A stretch of DNA of 64,000 nt from SAR202 cluster bacterium Io17-Chloro-G2 (GCA_002816875.1 MUCP01000010.1:2254-66253), one strand, 5' to 3'. Numbered from the stretch's first letter, positions 27,058 to 36,913 are shown. The notes: generated by a model from the letters alone, not told the origin. Made by a program: numbers and translations.

Positions 27058-28049
27058 CCACGACGCCGGAAACGTCCGGCAACGGCCAAATCATTCTAGA
27101 GGCCCGGGACCTGAAGAAACATTTCCCGGTGACCAAAGGTCTGCTTTTTTCCAAGATCACCGGCTGGATCAAGGCTGTGGACGGCGTCTCGTTTGAGGTG
27201 CGTGTGGGAGAGACTTTGGGCTTGGTTGGGGAGTCAGGTTGCGGAAAAAGCACCACCGCCAAGATGCTGCTGATGTTGGAGGAGCCTACCGACGGCAGTA
27301 TTCTGTTTGAGGGTGAGGATGTTCACTTGACGACCCAGGCCAAACGCAGGGAATACCGCAGCTCGGTGCAGGCGGTGTTCCAGGACCCTTGGAGTTCTTT
27401 GAATCCCAGAATGCGTGTCCGGGACCTCATCGCCGAGCCCATGGTGATCAACTGGGACATGGACCGCGGCGGGGTGATGGAGCGGGTTCAAAAACTGCTT
27501 AACGACGTGGGGTTGAACGAATACCACTCCAATCTATTCCCCCACGAATTCAGCGGCGGCCAAAGGCAAAGGTTGGCCATTGCCAGGGCCCTGGCCTTGA
27601 ACCCCAAGGTCATCGTTTTGGACGAGCCGGTTTCCGCGCTGGACGTTTCAATACGCGCCCAGATCATGAACCTCCTAAAAGACTTGCAAAACGAGTACAA
27701 CGTAAGCTATTTGCTCATCGCCCACGACCTGGCCACGGTCCGCTACATGTGCACTTGGGTGGCGGTGATGTATTTGGGACAGATCGTAGAATTGGCTCCG
27801 GTGAAAGAGCTATTTGAAAACCCTCTGCATCCATACACCAAGGCATTGATGTCCGCCGCTCTGCCTTCACATCCCGACACGGTGCAGGATGAGATGATCT
27901 TGATGGGGGAGGTCCCGTCCCCCTTGAACCCGCCTCCGGGATGCTACTTCCATCCGCGGTGTCCCTTCGCCATGGACCGGTGTTCTGTGGATGTGACCGA
28001 GGCCAAGGAACCTAGCCCCCAACATTGGGTTTCCTGCCATCTGTATTAG
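27054..28049 (+). CDS. Oligopeptide/dipeptide ABC transporter ATP-binding protein (OppF/DppF type)
   Basis: GESGCGKST, FSGGQRQR, VLDEPVSALD, HPYTKALM...CYFHPRC. ATGA start/stop overlap with the upstream gene and a GGAGG RBS. Confidence 0.85.
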   Translation: MTTTPETSGNGQIILEARDLKKHFPVTKGLLFSKITGWIKAVDGVSFEVRVGETLGLVGESGCGKSTTAKMLLMLEEPTDGSILFEGEDVHLTTQAKRREYRSSVQAVFQDPWSSLNPRMRVRDLIAEPMVINWDMDRGGVMERVQKLLNDVGLNEYHSNLFPHEFSGGQRQRLAIARALALNPKVIVLDEPVSALDVSIRAQIMNLLKDLQNEYNVSYLLIAHDLATVRYMCTWVAVMYLGQIVELAPVKELFENPLHPYTKALMSAALPSHPDTVQDEMILMGEVPSPLNPPPGCYFHPRCPFAMDRCSVDVTEAKEPSPQHWVSCHLY

Positions 28050-28079
28050 CTGGAAAATTGCATAACCGTTCATGCATCG

Positions 28080-28110
28080 ATAAAGGCTCTCGAATCACGA
28101 GGGCCTTTAT
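28080..28110 (+). terminator. Hairpin downstream of the ABC ATPase pair
   Basis: ataaaggctctcg-aatca-cgagggcctttat (1 mismatch), followed by gaattggttt. Confidence 0.45.
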
Positions 28111-28270
28111 GAATTGGTTTCGGGCCTCCGGCAGTGTTCCACTGCCTGCTAACCAACTGCCGTTGGGCATGGCCGGGTCTATAGGTTAGTATTGACCGTT
28201 CCACCGTGCGTATACTTCGCAAGCCGCAATAGATTGTGTGAACAGCCGTGAACCCGAATGGGAGGGCTCA

Positions 28271-28660
28271 ATGGATAAGATAAGGCGGAATTACCCAGAT
28301 ATCGCCCCATCTGGGCCCAGCTACAGCAGGGTTGTGCGTAGCGGCAACCTGGTATTCATCGCCGGTTGCACTGCGCGTGGAACCCAAGGACAGGGAAAAC
28401 CGGTTATGGAACAGTTGCGGGTCACTCTGGACCGGATCATTCGCATAGTTGAGGCGGAAGGGGGCTCGCCCAAAGACATCACCAAGATAACAACCTTTGT
28501 CACCAGCATTGCCGACTGGCGGGCCAACGTCGAAGAACAAGAAACCCTGTTCGAGGAATATTTCAAAGGGGAGTATCCTGCCAACACCTTGGTGGAGATC
28601 ACCGCCCTGGCAGAACCGGGCTTGGACGTGGAGATCGAGGCCATCGCCGTAATTGATTAG
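28271..28660 (+). CDS. RidA/YjgF/TdcF family reactive-intermediate deaminase
   Basis: About 129 aa; ...SRVVRSGNLVFIAG..., ...ARTTV...-like PANTLVEITAL...VEIEAIA tail. Start at the ATG after GGAGGG. Confidence 0.8.
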   Translation: MDKIRRNYPDIAPSGPSYSRVVRSGNLVFIAGCTARGTQGQGKPVMEQLRVTLDRIIRIVEAEGGSPKDITKITTFVTSIADWRANVEEQETLFEEYFKGEYPANTLVEITALAEPGLDVEIEAIAVID

Positions 28661-28741
28661 GTTCCCTGGCCGGCCTTCGACGTTTTCCCCATAACGCCCA
28701 AAACTTTCAACACAGCAGCGCAGACTAGGAAAGGTAACGTC

Positions 28742-29962
28742 ATGACCACGTTGATCAAGGCCCGAAGGTTGATCGATGGCAAAGGCGGGTCATTGGATAA
28801 TGGCGCTGTGCTGGTGGATGGGGACCGCATAAAGGCCTTGGGGACTCAGGACGAATTGGCGCCACCGGAGGGCGCGGAGATCATTGACGGCGGCGGCATG
28901 ACCGTCATGCCCGGTTTGGTGGATGCCCACGTCCATCTGGTGAATACGGGCGAGGCCTTCAGCGCCCGGGACGCCCGCACCGCCACCAGCGAAGAGATGA
29001 TGATCCTGGCGGTTAAAAACGCCTTTCTGGCCATCAAAACGGGCGTCACCACCGTAAGGGACCTGGGAGGCAAGGGATTCATCACCGTGTCGGTGCGAGA
29101 TTCAATAGATAAGGGAGTGATACCGGGGCCCAGGGTGGTCTCATGCGCCGCGGCGTTGACCACCACCGGCGGACAGTCTCATTACAAATCCCTGGAGGCG
29201 GACACTCCTGACGAAATGAAAAAGGCGGTCCGATACCTGATAAAAGGCGGCGCCGACTGCATCAAGATATTCGGCTCAGGCGGCAACGCCACGCCGGGCA
29301 GCAATCCGTTGGCGTCCCAATACACCCTGGAGGAGTTCCGGTCCGCCACCGAGGAAGCCCACCGCATGGGCAAGCACGTGGCGGCCCACGTGCACCCAAC
29401 CACGGCCATCAAGTTGGCGTTGGAGGCCGGCGTCGACTGTCTGGAGCATTGCTCCTGGCTGCATCCCGGTGGATTGGGAGTGGATGAGGCTGTGTTGGAA
29501 GAGATCAGCGCCAAGGGGACTTTTATCAGCCTGGGCTTTCCCGCCAGTTGGTACCGGGTCCCCTTGGATGACATACAGGACGTGATGGACCGGGCGGGCA
29601 GGGAGGCGTTGTTGGAGCCCCGCTACGAGTCAATCAAGCGGATGTTCGATTCCGGGGCCAAGGTGGTGGCCAGCAGCGACGCGGGCTCCACGGCCACGCG
29701 CATCGACGAATTCGCCCTGCTGTTGGAGTTTTTGGTGAACAGCCTGGAAGTGCCGGCCCAAAAGGTGATCACGTCGGCCACCAGCCTGGCGGCGGAGGCC
29801 ATTGGCTTGGGGGATGCCGTGGGCAGCTTGGCGCCGGGGAAGCAGGCGGACATATTATTGGTTGACGGAGACCCCTCCACCGACATCACTGCTTTGCAAA
29901 GGGTCGCTACCGTGATGAAAGCCGGCAAAGTGGTGGCCGGCGGAGGGCAGGTTTTTATCTAG
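28742..29962 (+). CDS. Amidohydrolase family metal-dependent hydrolase
   Basis: PGLVDAHVHL metal motif, ...AAHVH..., ...SSDAG... aspartate motif, 406 aa. Confidence 0.8.
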   Translation: MTTLIKARRLIDGKGGSLDNGAVLVDGDRIKALGTQDELAPPEGAEIIDGGGMTVMPGLVDAHVHLVNTGEAFSARDARTATSEEMMILAVKNAFLAIKTGVTTVRDLGGKGFITVSVRDSIDKGVIPGPRVVSCAAALTTTGGQSHYKSLEADTPDEMKKAVRYLIKGGADCIKIFGSGGNATPGSNPLASQYTLEEFRSATEEAHRMGKHVAAHVHPTTAIKLALEAGVDCLEHCSWLHPGGLGVDEAVLEEISAKGTFISLGFPASWYRVPLDDIQDVMDRAGREALLEPRYESIKRMFDSGAKVVASSDAGSTATRIDEFALLLEFLVNSLEVPAQKVITSATSLAAEAIGLGDAVGSLAPGKQADILLVDGDPSTDITALQRVATVMKAGKVVAGGGQVFI

Positions 29963-30006
29963 GCTAGTGGGCATATTTGATACGGCAGGCCTTCGTCAAA
30001 TTAAAC

Positions 30007-30034
30007 GTAGAGGCGCACGGCCGTGCGCCCCTAC
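30007..30034. repeat. GC-rich hairpin of the same family as 1224..1258 (gtagaggcgcacgg/ccgtgcgcccctac), followed by further repeat-like sequence to about 30130
   Basis: 14-bp stem with 1 mismatch, read directly. Lies between convergent genes. Confidence 0.5.
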
Positions 30035-30208
30035 TGTCATGCTGAACCAGTCAGCCGGAGGCGGACGAAGAATCTAAAGGCGTTGGTGTGGTTCACCGTA
30101 AGTCCGTCTCAACCACTTTAGATCCCGAGCCCGGCGAGGGATGACATGGCATCAGATCAAAGCCGCCATCCCACTAGGCCAGCCCAGTTGCCGTCGTAAA
30201 CCAGGGGA

Positions 30209-30619
30209 TTATTTGCTGGTCTGCCAACCGGTGTGGGAAACGTCGATGACCACGTCGCTGGGACCGGCCCACTTCATCTCGAAGTTGCGGGGACCTTGGG
30301 GCCCCATGGCTGCGTCCACTGCATCCCTGCTTTGCAGGCGCTTGCCCTTGACTTTATCCAGCTTGTTGGAAGCAGACTCCAGGTCGTCCACTTGGAAGCC
30401 TATGTGGTGGATGCCATCGTAGTTGGGGCCGTTGGGGCCGACATCGGCATCAGCGTTGGTCTTGTAGTTCAGGATAGCCAGATTGATGTAGCCGTCGGAT
30501 AGGAAAACCGCTCCGTTGTCGCTGCGGCGTATCTCCTCCAGGTCGAAGGCCTCCCTATAAAAGGCGGCCACCGCATCCGGGTCCTTGGCGGTCAGGGCGA
30601 TATGTCGAATCTTTGCCAT
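30209..30619 (-). CDS. VOC (glyoxalase/bleomycin resistance/dioxygenase) family protein
   Basis: MAKIRHIALTAKDPDAVAAFY..., ...GIHHIGFQVDD... Start at the ATG preceded by GAGGAGG. Confidence 0.75.
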   Translation of the reverse strand: MAKIRHIALTAKDPDAVAAFYREAFDLEEIRRSDNGAVFLSDGYINLAILNYKTNADADVGPNGPNYDGIHHIGFQVDDLESASNKLDKVKGKRLQSRDAVDAAMGPQGPRNFEMKWAGPSDVVIDVSHTGWQTSK

Positions 30620-30905
30620 AGCTGGATCCTCCTCATCTGATACCGATCGTTTTTCCGGCTTTCTCTGGCTACAATGCCTTCGCAATGCTCGAGAAGGCGA
30701 TTGTGAAGGTGAGTATAACCCCCACGGGAAACTGTCGGCAAATCATTGAATCCTGCGGCGCCCGGGCAATTTCCATCACCGAGCAGCTATAAAGGCACCA
30801 TATGCCAACGGTCCGCATCATATCCCTAACAAGACTCTCAAGGCCAATACCCGGCGAACATGCTGCAGATTCGGGCTCGCCGGGCACGTGGTGGATGGAG
30901 ACATC

Positions 30906-32027
30906 ATGAAGATGGGATACATCGTCCCAATACTTTTGGTGGGACTTTTGATAGCGGTGCTTTTTTTGCCCCAATTACGTCAAACGTTCTTGAAGCTGCG
31001 CAGCGAGAAAGTCACCATTGCGCAAACTGACAACGGGCGACCACTGGTTGGCGCAGCCGCCTTGGACCTGAACATCATCACGGTGCTGGGTAAAGACGGG
31101 ATTCCCGCGATACTAGATCCGGTGTTCCTGTCAGCGGAGGAAGCCCAGCGAAATATGCGGGACGGGGAAAGGGTGTTGGGCGTGTCCATAAATGGGGAGA
31201 GCAAGGCATACCCGCTCAACCTGCTCAGCCGCCATGAAATCGTCAACGACACGGTGGGAGGCAAACCCGTCGCGGTGACCTGGTGACCCCTCTGTTTTAC
31301 GGGCATTGTATATGCCCGCGAGATGGCCGGGGTTACACGAACATTCGGAGTTTCCGGCAAGCTGATCATGAACGCCCTGGTCATGTACGACCACCAGAGC
31401 GACACCCTTTGGAGTCAGTTCCTCAGCCGGGGCGTTCGCGGTCCATTGGCAGACACATCGCTGGAAATCGTCCCGTCATTGCAAACCACCTGGACCCAAT
31501 GGCTGGGCCTTCACCCGGACACCATGGTTTTAGACAAACGCGGGTATAACGTTGGCGACGGTTACGAAAGCTATTACCGGAACGGGTCGGCGGGAATCAT
31601 CGGAGAATCCAACAAGGACGACCGCCTGCCCACCAAGGAGCTGGTGGTCGGACTGGATCTGGAAGGAAAGACGATAGCATATCCCTTCCGCGAAATCGCC
31701 AACCAACCAGTGATCAACGACTTCTTCGCCGGACGAGATGTGCTGGTCACCTTCGAACTGGGGTCGGAGACTGGAGTGGTATTCGAACGCCAGGTCGATG
31801 GACGAACCTTGCACTTCAGGCCGGCCGCCCAGGATAGCCAGCGAGACGGAACGCTGCTGATGCAAGACGATGAGACAAGCACCATATGGCAGGCATTGAC
31901 TGGGAGGGCGATAGACGGGGAGTTGGAGGGAACGGTTTTAACCCGGCTGCCTTCCCATTATTCTTTCTGGTTCGCCTGGAGCGACTTTCATCCCGATACA
32001 GAGCTATACGCTGGTCCCACTGGTTAG
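30906..32027 (+). CDS. DUF3179-family protein containing an in-frame TGA (31284..31286) at the position of the first Cys of the family (T/S)(Y/W)-C-P-L-C motif; candidate selenoprotein, or a nonsense pseudogene
   Basis: ORFs 30888..31286 and 31323..32027 are in the same frame. Read-through gives ...KPVAVTW-[TGA]-PLCFTGIVYAREMAGVTRTFGVSGKLIMNALVMYDHQSDTLWSQ..., the contiguous DUF3179 core. N-terminal TM anchor. Confidence 0.55.
31300..31318 (+). promoter_or_regulatory. Stem-loop 13 nt downstream of the in-frame TGA (possible bacterial SECIS element)
   Basis: cgggcat-tgtat-atgcccg: 7-bp stem with a 5-nt loop containing GU. The loop begins 20 nt after the UGA. Flanking cccc (31287-90) and gggg (31329-32) could extend the structure. 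Confidence 0.3.
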
Positions 32028-32038
32028 AGCGGCCCCGG

Positions 32039-32875
32039 CTAATCCCTCGCCAGAAAGGCCGTGGCGTCCCTGACCCGGCGTCCCCACCACTCGGGGCCCT
32101 CTACCACGTACTTCCACTCGGGATTTTGCCGGGTGTCGCGGAGCCCAGCCATCACTTCTCGAAAGACCGATGCGCCGGCCTCGGCGAACTCGAAGTACCC
32201 GACAAAGTCGTAGTTCCCCTCCAGACCGTAGCCCTCGGGTGCGTGGATCAGCCGGCGGTTAACGCAAGGGACCCCGGCCGCAGAGACCAGGGCGTGTCCC
32301 TTGACCACCATCTCCTCGTTCTCGTCGTACCGGGGCAGGAAGAAACTCTCCCGGTGCAAGAAGTCCATCTCCCACCAGGCGGTGGTCTTGTTCATGGGCG
32401 TCACCGCCGCCAACGGATACCTGTCGCCGGGCCCCGGCGGCATGGCATGGACGTAGGCGAACTGGGTCATGGCGTGGCTGGTGTAGCTGCTGGGCCGCAT
32501 CACCCCGGCGAGAGTTTCCACGGAACCCCCTGCCCCTTGAACCAGCGCCCGAAGCACCGCTTCGTATTGCTTGATGGGCTCGAGGGCTGCGCACTCCAGC
32601 CGGATCAGACCAAGGGAATCCGAGAGCCCCGGATGGGCAATCTGTTGTTCGGAGGACATCCCAGCCTCGGCTCGCAACAACTGGAACCGCCCCATCTGAA
32701 ACGCCTCCTCTGTCGGCTGGCCGTCAACGTCGTGCATGTTCTCCAAGCCCCGCCCCAACAAATCCAACCCCTCGGCCATCTTCCGCTGGTCCCCTCCGCC
32801 ATCCGCAATTGTGACAAACAAGAAAAGCTGATGGCCTGTGACGGTGGTGGTCATGTTCAGGTCTGCGGGTTGCAT
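32039..32875 (-). CDS. Chlorite dismutase (Cld/HemQ-like) family protein
   Basis: 278 aa. ...TPMNKTTAWWEMDFLHRESFF...GH... resembles the Cld-family C-terminal heme-pocket region. The start ATG shares one base with the stop of the upstream gene (TGATG). Confidence 0.55.
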   Translation of the reverse strand: MQPADLNMTTTVTGHQLFLFVTIADGGGDQRKMAEGLDLLGRGLENMHDVDGQPTEEAFQMGRFQLLRAEAGMSSEQQIAHPGLSDSLGLIRLECAALEPIKQYEAVLRALVQGAGGSVETLAGVMRPSSYTSHAMTQFAYVHAMPPGPGDRYPLAAVTPMNKTTAWWEMDFLHRESFFLPRYDENEEMVVKGHALVSAAGVPCVNRRLIHAPEGYGLEGNYDFVGYFEFAEAGASVFREVMAGLRDTRQNPEWKYVVEGPEWWGRRVRDATAFLARD

Positions 32876-34503
32876 CAGGGAAGCTCCTCGTCAAGGGTGG
32901 ACCCGCGCCCGTGCCGGCTCCTCCCGCCTGCTGCCGCCAGCGCTGCCGGTATCATGGTAACCAGGAACCAGGCCAATTGAACAGGCCCGCCGCCCAGTTG
33001 AGGCGCTGAACAGGCCGACGTGCCGGGTACTTCCGGGACGGGCGCGATAGTGGGGGAGGATATTGGGGTGATTGGTGGTAAATTCGTCGGATTCGATTTC
33101 GTTGGCGGTACAGTTGATACGGCGCCGGACTCAGCGATGGTGGGCATCGCCGTGGCTTGAACCTCTACGGTGTCTCCGGCTGGCCCGGCGTCCAGCTTCA
33201 GTAAAAAGGCGTCCACCGTTCCCTGGGAAGCCTGACCCAAAAGAGGCCCGCGGGTTTCGCCAACAACATACAGGCTTCCGGCGCCGTCGGTTACCACGCC
33301 GTTGGCTAGCTGGGCCAACGGCGTGCCTACCTGGCGAGTCCACAGTCCGTTACCCTGGGAGTCCATTTTATGGATGAATGCGTCCCGCCGCTCCAGCAGA
33401 CTTCCTTCGCCCAACCCAATCTGACCTGGAAACAGACCCCGGGTCCACCCAACCGCATACGAGGCACCCGTCTCGTCCACGGCTATGCCTAAAGCCCTAT
33501 CTTCCTTAGGCGTACCAAACTGATGCGTCCAAATGTCGTTACCCTCGCCGTTGATTTTTGTTACAAAAGCGTCGGTACCGCCGGCCTGCGTCTGGCCCGA
33601 AAGGGAGCCGGAGACCCATCCTGCGACGTATAAACCTCCCTGGGAGTCTACCGCGGCAGCCAAGAATCTTGCGAAACCAAAGATGTGGGGCCGCCGTTCC
33701 CAGACCAGAGTCCCGTCGGGCCGGTACTTTCGAACGAAGGGCCTGATGGTCACTTGATGACCCTGCCCGATGAGCGTGATCTCCCCTCCGCTGGAGCCGG
33801 CGACAAAAATGTTTCCCAAGCCGTCTGCGGCCACAGCCGCGGCAAAGTCGCCGCCGCCGGCCCCAAACTGGCGGGTCCAACGCTCGTTGCCATTGGGGTC
33901 ATAGCTGCGGATGAAGGCGTCTTTAGAGCCGAAGCTGGTTTGTCCGGGCAGGGCTTCTTCAGTTTGGCCCACCACGTAGGAGTTACCGGCAGGATCAACT
34001 GCCACACCTGTAGCCCACGCCCGGCCGGGAGCGCCAAACTGGCGGGCCCACAGCTCGGTTCCATCACTGCTAAATTTGCGAAGAAAGGCGGTGGCGAAAC
34101 CCGAAACAGCCGCACGGTTTGGGGGAGCCTGGGCCATCTGACCTGCCAAGAATAGGTCTCCGCCGGCGCCAACGGCTACCGACCAAGCGATATCGGCGCC
34201 GACGCTACCGAATTGGCGCGCCCAGACCGGGTTTCCTAAGGAGTCGACCTTGAGCACGTAGGCGTCGCTGTCTCCCCCGATCCTGGTCTGGTCCATCAGT
34301 CTCCCGGCCGTGTGGCCGGCTATATAAATGTATCCCGATTGATCCACGGACACGGCCGCCGCCTTATCTGTGAAGGAGGTTCCGAATTGACGGACCCACG
34401 TGTTGCTCTGGCCAGCCACGATGCCAGCGGTAAGGACCCCCAAGAATACTATTGACGCGGCCGCCATCAAAGACCCGATCGCTCGCCGTTTGGAAATGCC
34501 CAC
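32875..34503 (-). CDS. Secreted SBBP-type beta-propeller repeat protein with a C-terminal hydrophobic anchor and basic tail
   Basis: N-terminal signal/TM. About 9 repeats of W(A/T)RQFGxxxxDxAxxVAVDxxGNxYVxGxTxGxLxGQxxxGxxDAF(V/L/I)xK. C-terminus ...GGGPVQLAWFLVTMIPAALAAAGGRSRHGRG. Confidence 0.65.
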   Translation of the reverse strand: MGISKRRAIGSLMAAASIVFLGVLTAGIVAGQSNTWVRQFGTSFTDKAAAVSVDQSGYIYIAGHTAGRLMDQTRIGGDSDAYVLKVDSLGNPVWARQFGSVGADIAWSVAVGAGGDLFLAGQMAQAPPNRAAVSGFATAFLRKFSSDGTELWARQFGAPGRAWATGVAVDPAGNSYVVGQTEEALPGQTSFGSKDAFIRSYDPNGNERWTRQFGAGGGDFAAAVAADGLGNIFVAGSSGGEITLIGQGHQVTIRPFVRKYRPDGTLVWERRPHIFGFARFLAAAVDSQGGLYVAGWVSGSLSGQTQAGGTDAFVTKINGEGNDIWTHQFGTPKEDRALGIAVDETGASYAVGWTRGLFPGQIGLGEGSLLERRDAFIHKMDSQGNGLWTRQVGTPLAQLANGVVTDGAGSLYVVGETRGPLLGQASQGTVDAFLLKLDAGPAGDTVEVQATAMPTIAESGAVSTVPPTKSNPTNLPPITPISSPTIAPVPEVPGTSACSAPQLGGGPVQLAWFLVTMIPAALAAAGGRSRHGRGSTLDEELP

Positions 34504-34746
34504 TACAAATCTCCTTGCTCAATTCTACAAGGTTACAAACTCGGTTTTTGGTTAGATGTTTGTTCTGGTCTGTAGGTGAATATGTGTGACGCTAGTATCC
34601 ATGGCCCTGGCCCCTTAAGTTGGGCCCAACAGGGCGTGGCCACAACTTTCCCGGTTGAGCGGTCATCTGGGAGAGGGGTACAATTGCACCACGCCGAGGT
34701 CCCGGGGCCAACTTAATCCTCAATGTGTCTGTTTAGGAGACGGAGA

Positions 34747-36408
34747 ATGCCCAGCAGCAGTAAGGATGAGTGGAAAGAAAACACCCTAGGGCCCAGCGTC
34801 AGCCGTTTTCCCCAGCGCCAAGACCAATTCATCACCGACAGCGGCCTGGAGATAGACGCCCTCTACAGCCCGGAAAACCTGGCGGACGCCGGGCCGGACT
34901 TCCAGCGGGACGTGGGATTCCCCGGCGAGTACCCCTACACACGGGGCGTGCAACCCAACACCTACCGGGGCCGTATCTGGACCATGCGCCAGTATTCGGG
35001 CTACGCTACGGCCGCCGACACCAACGAGCGGTTCAGGTACCTGCTGGACCAGGGGCAGACGGGTCTTTCGGTGGCCTTCGACCTGCCCACCCAGATCGGC
35101 TACGATTCCGACCACGTGCTGGCCAAGGGCGAGGTGGGTAAGGTGGGAGTGCCCATCTGCAGTCTGGCCGATATGGAGGCGCTGCTGGAGGGCATCCCCC
35201 TGGATAAGGTCAGCACCTCCATGACCATCAACGCCACCGCTTCCATCCTGCTATGCCTGTACATAGCGGTGGCCAAACGCCAAGGCGTGTCCGCTGATAC
35301 TCTCACCGGCACCATCCAGAACGACATATTAAAAGAGTATATCGCCCGGGGCACCTACGCCTATCCACCCCGGCCCTCCATGCGGCTGGTGGTGGATGTA
35401 TTCAAGTATTGCGCGGAGAATGTCCCGCGTTGGAACACCATCAGCGTCAGCGGCTACCACATGCGGGAAGCCGGCGCGACGGCGGTCCAGGAGCTGGCCT
35501 TCACCTTCGCCGACGCCATCGAATACGTGCAGGCGGCGATGGATGCCGGACTGGCGGTGGACGACTTCGGCCCCAGGCTTTCCTTCTTCTTCGTCGCCCA
35601 GAACAACCTGTTCGAAGAGGTGGCCAAATTCCGGGCGGCGCGGCGAATGTGGGCCAGGATCATGAAGGAACGGTTCGGCGCGAAAGACCCCAGGTCTATG
35701 ATGCTGCGGTTCCACACCCAGACCGCCGGGGTATCCCTGACCGCCCAGCAGCCCGACAACAACCTTATACGGTGCACCGTGCAAGCCCTGGCGGCGGTAT
35801 TGGGGGGCTCTCAATCATTACACGTCAATTCCCGCGACGAAGCCCTGGCGTTGCCCACGGAAGAGTCGGTCCAACTCTCGCTGCGGACCCAGCAGATACT
35901 GGCTTTTGAAAGCGGGACCGCCGACGTGGTGGACCCCCTGGGCGGCTCGTATTACGTGGAGAGCTTGACCGACAAGCTGGAAGAAGAGGCCCTGAAATAC
36001 CTGGAACGGATAGACGGCATTGGAGGGGCGGTGACCGCTATAGAGCAGGGGTTCCAGGTACGGGAGATCGCAGATGCCGCATATCAGCATCGCCAGGAGG
36101 TGGAATCGGGGTCGCGGACCATTGTCGGGGTCAACCAGTTCGTGACCGAATCGGAACCATTGCAAGGCCTGTTGCGGGTGGATGAGCGGGCGGCCCAGGA
36201 ACAGCTGAGCCGGTTGGCGCAGGTCCGGGAGAAACGGGATCCGGCCGCCGTCCAGGCGGCGTTGGCCCGGCTGGATGAGGTGGCCCGGGGCGAAGAAAAT
36301 ACGGTGCCAGTAATCCTGGAATGTGTGGAGGCCAACTGCACCCTGGGCGAGATCTGCCAGGTCTTCCGCGGCGTATTCGGCGACCAGCAGGAGCTGGCGG
36401 GGTTTTAA
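34747..36408 (+). CDS. Methylmalonyl-CoA mutase, large (catalytic, substrate-binding) subunit of a split enzyme
   Basis: YPYTRG...[49 protein letters not shown]. From memory, the Tyr and Arg at the positions that distinguish MCM from isobutyryl-CoA mutase favour MCM. AGGAG RBS before the ATG at 34747. Confidence 0.85.
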   Translation: MPSSSKDEWKENTLGPSVSRFPQRQDQFITDSGLEIDALYSPENLADAGPDFQRDVGFPGEYPYTRGVQPNTYRGRIWTMRQYSGYATAADTNERFRYLLDQGQTGLSVAFDLPTQIGYDSDHVLAKGEVGKVGVPICSLADMEALLEGIPLDKVSTSMTINATASILLCLYIAVAKRQGVSADTLTGTIQNDILKEYIARGTYAYPPRPSMRLVVDVFKYCAENVPRWNTISVSGYHMREAGATAVQELAFTFADAIEYVQAAMDAGLAVDDFGPRLSFFFVAQNNLFEEVAKFRAARRMWARIMKERFGAKDPRSMMLRFHTQTAGVSLTAQQPDNNLIRCTVQALAAVLGGSQSLHVNSRDEALALPTEESVQLSLRTQQILAFESGTADVVDPLGGSYYVESLTDKLEEEALKYLERIDGIGGAVTAIEQGFQVREIADAAYQHRQEVESGSRTIVGVNQFVTESEPLQGLLRVDERAAQEQLSRLAQVREKRDPAAVQAALARLDEVARGEENTVPVILECVEANCTLGEICQVFRGVFGDQQELAGF

Positions 36409-36451
36409 TGCTTGGCGCAAACCTAAAATACCGGCTAGGGTAATCTGGATT

Positions 36452-36679
36452 ATGAAAGTGACCTACGATCCGGGTACAGATACAATTATCATTAACTTGA
36501 AAGACGTTCAGATTTCGGAGAGCGACGAATTCCAAGAGGGCATGATCGCAGACTTGGATTCCGAGGAGCGCATCGTGGGTTTTGCGATTCTGGCGGCATC
36601 CAAGCGGGTAACCGAACGGCAGAATATGATATTCGAATCCAGAGGCCATGGGCTTGCTAATGGGGCGACGGATGCCTGA
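36452..36679 (+). CDS. DUF2283 domain protein
   Basis: MKVTYDPGTDTIIINL...GMIADLDSEERIVGFAILAAS matches the DUF2283 pattern (MKxxYDxxxDxLYIxL...DxDxxGxxVGIEIL). Confidence 0.55.
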   Translation: MKVTYDPGTDTIIINLKDVQISESDEFQEGMIADLDSEERIVGFAILAASKRVTERQNMIFESRGHGLANGATDA

Positions 36680-36789
36680 TGAATACGGGTTTAATTTGGA
36701 GGGCCAAGAGTGAGGATTGACCCCCAGCCCTTTTTGGATGACCAGGTGTTTTAGTAATTATCCCAATGCCCATATCTAAAATGAACCAT

Positions 36790-36873
36790 CCTTCGACAAG
36801 CTCAGGACGAACGGGCGGGAAGAGCCTCCTCCGTTCGTAGTGACCCCGATGTAATCGGGGCGAACCACATTTT
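36790..36873. repeat. Second, shorter copy of the MITE-like element seen at 9537..9680
   Basis: Begins ccttcgacaagctcaggacgaacgg and ends cgaaccacatttt. Internal hairpins gacgaacgg/ccgttcgt and ccccgat/atcgggg. Confidence 0.6.
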
Positions 36874-36913
36874 CGACATAACTACCTTATAAAGAAAGGG
36901 GAGATCGCGCACC

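Noticed and set aside
31284-31286. Genome-wide reassignment of TGA (for example code 4 or 25) as the explanation for the in-frame TGA in the DUF3179 gene
   Set aside because: Many well-supported genes in this window terminate at TGA at the expected protein end (for example 436..1146, 26071..27057, 32875..34503). TGA is therefore a normal stop in this genome.
31886-32980. 364-aa ORF on the plus strand
   Set aside because: It overlaps the 3' end of the DUF3179 gene and is antisense to the Cld-like gene. Its sequence is Pro/Arg/Gly-rich without motifs, so it is a shadow ORF.
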